Origin: Ginkgo biloba
Lineage: Eukaryota; Plantae; Ginkgophyta
Reading direction: 5' to 3'
DNA: 17,560 nucleotides
Assembly: GCA_024626585.2 (NCBI GenBank)
Contig: JANKJI020000002.1
Coordinates: 103,915,620-103,933,179, forward strand
This document shows positions 9,568-17,560 of the stretch, one piece after another. The notes beneath the pieces are model-generated. The model did not search any database. It saw nothing but the letters and a program-made list of their open reading frames with translations, and had not been told where the DNA came from. A program made the translations under genes and the position numbers. Positions within the stretch are counted from its first letter, which is position 1. Every line of letters starts with the position of its first letter.

Positions 9568-9667
9568 NNNNNNNNNNNNNNNNNNNNNNNNNNNNNNNNN
9601 NNNNNNNNNNNNNNNNNNNNNNNNNNNNNNNNNNNNNNNNNNNNNNNNNNNNNNNNNNNNNNNNNNN

Positions 9668-11089
9668 TTCTTCAAGAAGCATGAGTAAAACTATTGAGAG
9701 AAGAAGCCAAGAGTGCAAAATATTACATCATTGTCCCCTCTACATCAAAATTGTCACCATACTTCATAAGATTCATGTTTATGTGGAATAGTCTTGGTAG
9801 CACATCATTGATAGAAATACTTTCTATCAAGAGTCCATACTAAGAATATATTCTATATCTTGGGTGACCCTTGGAGATTTCATAAGTCTTCCATTGATAN
9901 NNNNNNNNNNNNNNNNNNNNNNNNNNNCACTAATTGGTATTAGAGCAAGTCTAGTCTTTGGAAAATTTTGATCCCAATTGGCCCACACCAATTATTAGAG
10001 CAAGTCTAATCTTTGAAAAAAATTTGATCCTAAATAATTAATTAATTTTTTTTCACCTAATTTATAAACTTAGGATTCCCTTTTAATTTTTTCATTAGCC
10101 GAAGTCATGGTCATATGGTCAAGTTCTTGAAACTATGGCCTTATCGAAAAAAGGAGCTAATTTATATTTTAGAGTTATTTTTATTCTGCAAAGTCTNNNN
10201 NNNNNNNNNNNNNNNNNNNNNNNNNNNNNNTAAGCTCATTTTTCTAAATATTTTTCTTTAAATTATTGGCTTTTCATTATATTTTTATTCTTGGAATATT
10301 TTTATCATTGTTACAAATGGTTATGAAATTTTCTCAAGAGAATTTTGACTGCCTACAATAAGATTTTGCTTCATTTTGATCTGAGATTCGATTGTTTATG
10401 TGAAAGAAAGCTTCACCTTTCTTTCAAGACAAGTATACTTTGGTGAACATGCCCATAAATGGGACAACACCAAATGATGCCTGCAAAATTATTATCATGA
10501 TAGCAATATATCACATGAAACATGGAGAAATCAAGGAAGCAACCATTATCATCCAATTACTTGAGGAGACAGATCCTTCGATTGAGCATAACATCAATAA
10601 TACCATGCCTAAAATAATTAAAGTCTATGATGAAAAGAAGGAAGATGTCATTATGACTAAAATGAGAGAGGAACTTAAATAACAAGGTGGATAGCAACTA
10701 TCAACAACTATTTTAGTGTATGAGGAGACCACTCATTTATCATCTAAAGAGCTAGTAGTATGGATCACTCCATAACTTTCCACACATGATCATTATTTGA
10801 TGAAGAGATTATGTTGGGAGGCATAAACCCATTCAGAGAGAATGGAATTCTCTTTTAGATGATATCAATATAATAAGGGAATTAATAAAAACACCTTGAC
10901 TAGATATGCTATCCCTCTATCTTTCAACACGTGGATTATCTTGGAGGACAAGTATTACGAGAGCTTCCCTCCCTAATACCACTACAACATATTATGTTAT
11001 AAATGTTACCTATTCCAATGTCTTCTTATTTTATTATTTTTCCTTTATTGTTATAGATTTTCTTTAATGCATAAGTGAAGGATTATCTT
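9668..11089 (+). mobile_element. Decayed LTR retrotransposon: 3' part of the 5' LTR, tRNA-Met PBS and degenerate internal region
   Basis: TGGTATTAGAGC at 9935-9946 is one mismatch from the canonical TGGTATCAGAGC. Broken reading frames follow (e.g. ORF 10440-10682). Boundaries are approximate and set by gaps. Confidence 0.6.
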
Positions 11090-11750
11090 NNNNNNNNNNN
11101 NNNNNNNNNNNNNNNNNNNNNNNNNNNNNNNNNNNNNNNNNNNNNNNNNNNNNNNNNNNNNNNNNNNNNNNNNNNNNNNNNNNNNNNNNCAGATTCTATT
11201 GGTGGAGAAAATAAATAATCTGTGACTATGGTCTAAGAGGAATAGAAGGGGAGGATCTGTGGAGATCAATTGCACAAGAGGACTGATGATGACATATGGA
11301 CTTGTAAGCAGGCAGTGCTCACGCTATAGAGCAACCATAGGAATTGTAGTCATGATGACAGCATGTAGAAGCAAAGGTTGTTAACCTTTAGTGGCACAGA
11401 GAAGGAGGATCCCACAAGACACTATAACATTTGGGAGATAATCTAGTATTTGATTAATAGGTATACATGCCCTTTACATATAGAACTAGTAGAATATAAT
11501 CTGAATAATTAATTTGCTACTCATCATACTAGCCACGTATGGTGTAAGTGATGTCTCCTCATTATCCAACTATTTTGTGTTCATGTTGAGTTAGGGTTTA
11601 GATGTTTTGGGAGATATACCATATGGAAGCGATGAATGACGAATGGTTGTGGCTAGGTCTGCAAGCAGTGAATGGCATCGACCTTTAGAATGGGCTCAAG
11701 AGGGCTAGGTACTACTACTATTCGAGGACTCTATTGCAACCAAAAATAAC

Positions 11751-11761
11751 CTATGATACCA
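11751..11761 (-). mobile_element. Degenerate tRNA-Met PBS of a second LTR element on the minus strand
   Basis: ctatgatacca reads TGGTATCATAG on the minus strand. It is directly followed on the plus strand by TG at 11762, the complement of an LTR-terminal CA. Confidence 0.45.
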
Positions 11762-11901
11762 TGTGTTCCATCATACCTCAAATTGGACACCAACTTCTAA
11801 ATCTGTTATATCCTTAGGAGTATTTGTTACCCCTGTTGCAATTTCCAGCACGACTGCATTGTTGTATGATTCATTTATTTTTTTTATGTAAGAGGGTTGT
11901 A

Positions 11902-12348
11902 TTAATATCCTTCAAAGTTTTTAAAAAGTTCATTCTCATTTCCTACCATAATCTCATTGCTTGCTATGAAAATTTCATCAGAGTGTAATTTTGGATTGAC
12001 TTCCTGTTTTGATCTTAACATATCATTTTCTGTAGTTGACATTATCTTCTATGGAAAGTGAAATATATTTGCATCCTATTTAGGTTGCATGCATTTGGGT
12101 ATTGTATTTGACGAATCTTTAACACATACCAATGTATAGATAGTGGAGTTGTCCAATCCATTTTCTTGTAGGGATGGATTCAACACTGTTCAACATTTCT
12201 CTAGTTTGTGTGAGTATGCATCTACGGCTTCCTTCAAGTCACTTCTGGTGTTTTCATGCACTGATGCTTGTGGAGATATATTTTTTTTAATTTTTTCTGA
12301 TATTAAGCCCATAACTGCAGGGTCATGTGTTATAATTTGAGCATCCTT
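11902..12348 (-). pseudogene. Decayed reading frame of unknown product, probably retroelement-derived
   Basis: 149 codons in one frame (KDAQIITHDPAVMGLISEK...NELFKNFEGY*) with three internal stops, all TGA or TAG. Confidence 0.35.
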
Positions 12349-12906
12349 TCTTCAGCTTGCATATCTTCATCTAAACTTTTTTATTTTAAATCATAGTCTG
12401 AATTATGCATAGCACCACCCTCATTCATTATGCTATGACTTCCATAACAGTGTATAAAATATACTCAATAGGTAGCATGGAATATTTAAGTTTTAGGTGT
12501 ATGTAGATTCTAAAGGACCTATGTGAGTTCTTCATACAAAAGTAAAAGTAATATCCTGATGCTTATGTACTTAAATGTGCTAGTTCAAGTTAATTAAAGT
12601 ATAGCCTATTTCCTTGTTTACAAATATAATTGGTCCCCATTTGTATAGGAAGGAAGGATGAACAAGATTCTTGCAATGGTGTTTTACAAATTATCAGAAC
12701 CTGAGGGCTATAAGGTATCTAGGAAGTTGGTAATAGGAATAAAAAATATTGTCAAGATTGCAAAGTGGCTGAATTTGATCCGTATCTCAGTGGGTGAGTC
12801 AAAATCNNNNNNNNNNNNNNNNNNNNNNNNNNNNNNNNNNNNNNNNNNNNNNNNNNNNNNNNNNNNNNNNNNNNNNNNNNNNNNNNNNNNNNNNNNNNNN
12901 NNNNNN

Positions 12907-13760
12907 TTTCTTGCATATGTTCCCAATGTTTCCTAACCATTGATTCCTAATAATGCATCAACACCGCCAATTGGAGAAACAAAAAAGGAAATCATTAAAT
13001 ATATATTTGCCCATTGTACCTGTACATTTTTTATGATACCTTCACATATAAGTTACTTATGTACTAGGAAATCAATGTTTCTTGATTTATAATCCCAATA
13101 TTTTAACTTGCCTTTTATCCATAATATTCAATGTAGCCCCTACATGTCCCATCATGAGTAGTTTGGATTTTTGTATGTATCCATGAAGTTTGAATGTGTT
13201 TAGATTTGGTAGTGATGCAATTAGTGTTGGGCAAAACTCTATCTTCATTGCTTGTCTACTATCATCATTCTCATCATCCTTAACTTATGTTTTCTTCTTA
13301 GGGACTTTTTTCATGAAGAAATATTTGTATAATTTCTCTTCATCATCATCCTTATCTTCATTATTTATAGTATCCACTTCCTCATAACTTATAGTATCCA
13401 ATTCTNNNNNNNNNNNNNNNNNNNNNNNNNNTGTCACTTATAGTCTTTGATTCTTGACATTCTCATTTTTCTTGTTTATCATTATCACCTTTATGTTCTT
13501 CAACAATTTACTCTTAAACCTTATTTTTTCCTAATTCCTTCTCTTATTTTGGGGTTGATAGCCAATGTTCCAATCTACTCTTTGCCAAGCCTTTAGGTGA
13601 TAATATTGGCGGTCATTCTGGTGGATTTCTTTCAACCTTTGTGTGGCTTGATTCCTCTCAGCTCATCCATCTATATGTTCATAGTTTTTTCGGTTTCTCT
13701 TGATAGTTTTGGTCAACAATTTCTCGATATTTAGTTATTTTAGATAATCATATGTCCTAT
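12907..13760 (-). mobile_element. Ty3/Gypsy LTR retrotransposon relic: aspartic protease (13197-12912), acidic linker and probable gag end
   Basis: With frameshifts it reads TFKLHGYIQKSKLLMMGHVGATLNIMD...LICEGIIKNVQVQ...FFVSPIGGVDALLGI(Q)WL.TLGTYA. This matches the Gypsy protease pattern (T.KL.G.I...LIDSGATHNFID...GVDVVLGxQWLxTLG). The catalytic DSG has decayed. A D/E-rich tract lies at 13260-13400. Confidence 0.85.
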
Positions 13761-14253
13761 TTTGAATTTGTGCATAGAGGCTCTGGTCGGTAGGACTCTC
13801 TTTAGAACACACAACCTACTTTTCCTTAGGGTAAATATCGCTCAAAGGTATCCACATCTGCAATTCATCAAAGGCCTCTTTAGTGATTTGGAGAGGGTTC
13901 CCCCTTATTCTTTTTACTTTCTACATCACTTGATTATGTATGGAGAATTCATGGATATGGAGATCTATGCTTGGATTTCATTCCTTCCTTTGTTTACCTT
14001 CGAATTGTGTGGCTTGTATTGGGGATGGTAGTTATCAATCTTTGATTTACTAGGTAGTATAGCGATAATAATGGAGATCCTTTATTTTGTTGATACTCCT
14101 CCACATTTTCAAGTAATGTTCACCATATGTTCATACATGCTAAAAGGCGTTTCTTTGACTTATTTGTTACGTAATCATCCTATTATTTTTTTTGGTATTC
14201 AANNNNNNNNNNNNNNNNNNNNNNNNNNNNNNNNNNNNNNNNNNNNNNNNNNN

Positions 14254-15690
14254 CTTTTGAACTGCGTGGTCATTTAAGGGCGGTGGCTACCAATATTCAA
14301 AGTGGTTACTAAACAATATGGTGGTAAAAATAGGGATCAAACACCCACTCAGTGCTCTTTCAAGATTTCAATGGTGGTTACCTAATAGGGTCTTTGGCCT
14401 TTCAAGGCTTCTAGTTAACACATATTAGTTCCGTACATAGTATTCATCAAATATTTTTTTTAACCTTCTCATAGTTCCCTACGAGGTAACCTTTTATCAA
14501 GATTTTGAATGTTATCGTATGAATTAGTGTCATTTTCTAAAATCACCCGATATGTTTGTTATAAAGTGCTCTTATATGTAGGCTCTTTCTTTTGGTCCAT
14601 TCGTAAGCTATCAGAGGATTATTTCTCTCATATCAGAGGGTGTTCATATAGATTTTTTAAGGCATGGACCTTCAAAGTATGTCAAAATTTGGTTTCTCCC
14701 CTATTGGAGGATTTCCCTCTTGTAAGAGGCTTTAAGGTCTCTCTTATCATAGGTAGTTTACTCTCTTATCAAAATTATTAAGGACTCTCTTGTTAGAGGT
14801 GTTCATAGTTTCTCATAGGTTTCATAGTCTATCAAAGGTCATTTTCTTCCTTGTTGGATGATATTCATAGTCTATTAAAGGTTTTTTTATCCCTTATAAA
14901 AGGGTGTTCACATATAATTTTCAAGGCATGGACCTTCAAAGAATGAAATAGGTTGGTTGCTCCCCTATCAGAGGACATTTACCTTCTTATAGAAGGCTTT
15001 AAGCCCTCTCATGTTGAAGNNNNNNNNNNNNNNNNNNNNNNNNNNNNNNNNNNNNNNNNNNNNNNNNNNNNNNNNNNNNNNNNNNNNNNNNNNNNNNNNN
15101 NNNNNNNNNNNNNNNNNNNTGGTTGGTCTTCTGGCGAATCTTCTTTAGACTTATCGGTCTCTTCAAAGCTAAGATTGCTAGTATTGCCTTTTTTAATCAT
15201 GTGTAGTGGTTGTTGGGTATGCAAGCTCGTCCACAACTTCTTAATGGGTCCTGTTCATATGTTGAAAACCAGGGGGTCTCCTCCTGCTTTGGTATTGATG
15301 TCAGTGCTCTACCACTCACTTAATGTTGTTGTTACTTTAGATTGGTCTCTACTTTCACTTTGGGTCAGAGGTTCAGTAGTTGGACTAGATTACTACACCA
15401 GTTGCATAATGACTTCTTTGCAAAGGTGAGTGCTATTACAATTGCTCGCTTACGGTGTGATGTCCTTTGTTTTGCCTAGACCTTGGAGCCTAAGCATTCT
15501 TTAGTTTGCCTCCCTCGTGAGTATAATTAAGTCTTTCGTCATGTTGGTCGATTGCCTCTTGCTTGTAGTTATTTTCTCCCTTGTCTAAGGTGTTTGTAGT
15601 TTGATGCAAGTTTCATAGTCTATCAGACATTATTTTCTACCTTATCGAAGGTTATTCATAACCTGTTAGAGGTCGTTCATTGTTTATTAG
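14254..15690. repeat. Repeat-rich region with a 264-bp-period duplication and ttcatagtctat sub-repeats; probably non-coding LTR-retroelement internal DNA
   Basis: ggcatggaccttcaaag occurs at 14661 and 14925, with flanking similarity over about 115 bp. ttcatagtctat recurs near 14821, 14863 and 15612. Confidence 0.7.
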
Positions 15691-16419
15691 TGGGTATTTT
15701 CTCACATTCATATTAGTGGAGGGGATGGTGTATTGGAATCATATCTATATAGATCCTTGAGGAAAAAATATTGATAGTTGAGATTTTTCTTTCGTTTAAC
15801 ACTTGCTCCAACTTTTAAACGATGGCAGTTAAATCTACCCCCACCCATCTCCTGCACCTAATATCAATAACCCAATTGATCCTTTTACTCTTGATGGTAG
15901 TTTAGACATTTTCCATACTTATATCTTGAATATGGGGTTGTAGTTAAGCTTNNNNNNNNNNNNNNNNNNNNNNNNNNNNNNNNNNNNNNNNNNNNNNNNN
16001 NNNNNNNNNNNNNNNNNNNNNNNNNNNNNNNNNNNNNNNNNNNNNNNTCATCTCCCTCCTTTGGTCATCTAAGTTTTATCTTGGTTGATCCCTACTCCTA
16101 GCCTCCTATTATCACATCTTCTAGTTGATCCTTTGCTCTCAGCTTCACCTAATTTTATACCCTATTTTGGTATTATAACATAGATACTATGGCTTCTAAG
16201 ATGGCTAGGTTGATTTGTCACTCCTAGTTCATTGTTAGCCTTATTTATTACTATTAATAGCCTTATTTTCATTAAGATATTTTGTATGTATGGTACATAA
16301 GTGTGGGGATTCTACTTTNNNNNNNNNNNNNNNNNNNNNNNNNNNNNNNNNNNNNNNNNNNNNNNNNNNNNNNNNNNNNNNNNNNNNNNNNNNNNNNNNN
16401 NNNNNNNNNNNNNNNNNNC

Positions 16420-17240
16420 TTGGGCCCAAGCTCAAGTAAAGGAAAGAGGGTAGGTCCATCTCCCTCATGAGGAGCAGGCTCCTAAGATCCTTCCATGTGG
16501 TAGGATCTTAGGGCCCCACCCCTCACAGGGGTGAAGTTCCCCCCAAGTGTAATACAAATGGGCCTGTAGGGGTTTGACCCCTCGCAACTTATAGCTATAA
16601 TGAAAGGGACTTGGGGCCTCATGCCCCAAGTAAAAAAATAAAGTTTTTGAAGGGGGCACACGATGGCACCACATGGTGCCATTGTGTGGTCCCCCTGGCC
16701 CATGCTACATAAATAGTCCAATGGGAGGCCCCTCTTCCTCATGGGGAGATGGTCCCCAATATGTTGCCACATGGTGGGATTTCGGGGCCACGCCCCTAAG
16801 AGGGTGAGGACCATCCCATATTAAAGTGAAAAACCTTGCGTGGGCTCGCTCCTCACAATGGTGCCATGCGACGCCATCATGAGGCCCCCCTGCGGCCCAG
16901 GCCCCAAGTGGAAGGGGAAGGGAGAAATTCCTCCCCTTGTGGGGAGTGGGCTCTCGAGATCTCACCATATGGAAAGATCTTAGGGCCCCTCCCCCCCTCC
17001 TCCCGGGTGAAAAATAATGAGTGCACAGGGGTTTCTCCCCATGCAATGGCACCATGTGGCCCTCGCACCCTACGATTGTAGAAAAAAATATTTGGGGCCC
17101 CACAACCCCATTTCAAAACTATTTTTATAAAGGGTGTGCGATGATGCCATGTAGCACCATTGCGCGGCCCCTCCTGTCGCCCCTTGTGCACTGTTAGAAG
17201 AAAAAAGAAGAAGGCCCTCGCAAGCATGAGCTTGCAGGGG
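16420..17240. repeat. GC-rich fold-back region with a recurring decayed 26-bp palindrome; probable transposon subterminal or LTR sequence
   Basis: Inverted arms 16476-16543 vs 16918-16990 and 16652-16705 vs 16838-16890. Palindrome copies at 16660, 16855, 17043 and 17138. Confidence 0.8.
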
Positions 17241-17560
17241 GCCAATGCAGTAGCACAATCATACTTGACAGAGCCTTGACTCCCTCGACATTCAGTTGCA
17301 AAAACACCATAGGTCACATTAATTCATGACAAATACCTAGCAGCCTTGAGAGTCGACGCAACAGAGATATTTTTTGCGCATTGAAGAGAGACATTATGTG
17401 AATGGCGGTTCTCCCCTACAATTCATCAATGCGCCCCAAGAGGTAGTTCAGAGGCAAGGAATATAATTTATTATTAAGAAGGGAAAAATAATTATTATAA
17501 GAGGGGACAAAATTTTTGGGACTAGGAGAGGGAGTTTTTTGGTAATGGCAACAAGGTGCA

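Noticed and set aside
11591-11601. ttagggtttag telomeric or telo-box word
   Set aside because: A single 1.5-unit copy within repeat DNA with no associated gene.
14953-15429. 158-aa plus-strand ORF
   Set aside because: It spans an N gap, and its L/S/V-rich composition is typical of the antisense of decayed retroelement sequence.
3497-16470. ORF-track entries containing long X runs
   Set aside because: Their length is inflated by N gaps, and frame continuity across placeholder gaps has no meaning.
16465-17317. Several overlapping 60-146 aa ORFs
   Set aside because: Overlapping ORFs on both strands are expected in GC-rich repeat DNA, and they show no domain motifs.

Overview
Draft-quality eukaryotic scaffold with many N gaps, several about 100 N long and probably placeholders. 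It is AT-rich and CpG-depleted, and looks like a large-genome seed plant, possibly a gymnosperm (inference). No intact protein-coding gene is visible. The left ~2.4 kb keeps its CpGs and looks like the promoter and spliced 5' leader of a minus-strand transcript. It carries two related short ORF motifs (KDG-x4-EGVGR). At 4.4-5.8 kb there are remnants of two hormone-related gene families. One is the 5' end of a GH3/JAR1-type acyl-amido synthetase with a TATA box and a +1 frameshift just after the ATG. The other is a BRI1/BRL-like LRR ectodomain split into two oppositely oriented pieces that join collinearly. The remaining ~11.5 kb is decayed repeat: a (CA)n microsatellite, a ~22-bp minisatellite, a 143-bp tandem array, LTR-retrotransposon relics (tRNA-Met PBS sites, Ty3/Gypsy protease) and a GC-rich fold-back region built on a decayed 26-bp palindrome. 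I found no convincing new multi-gene system; the best leads are listed as findings. All family assignments come from remembered motifs, not from database searches.
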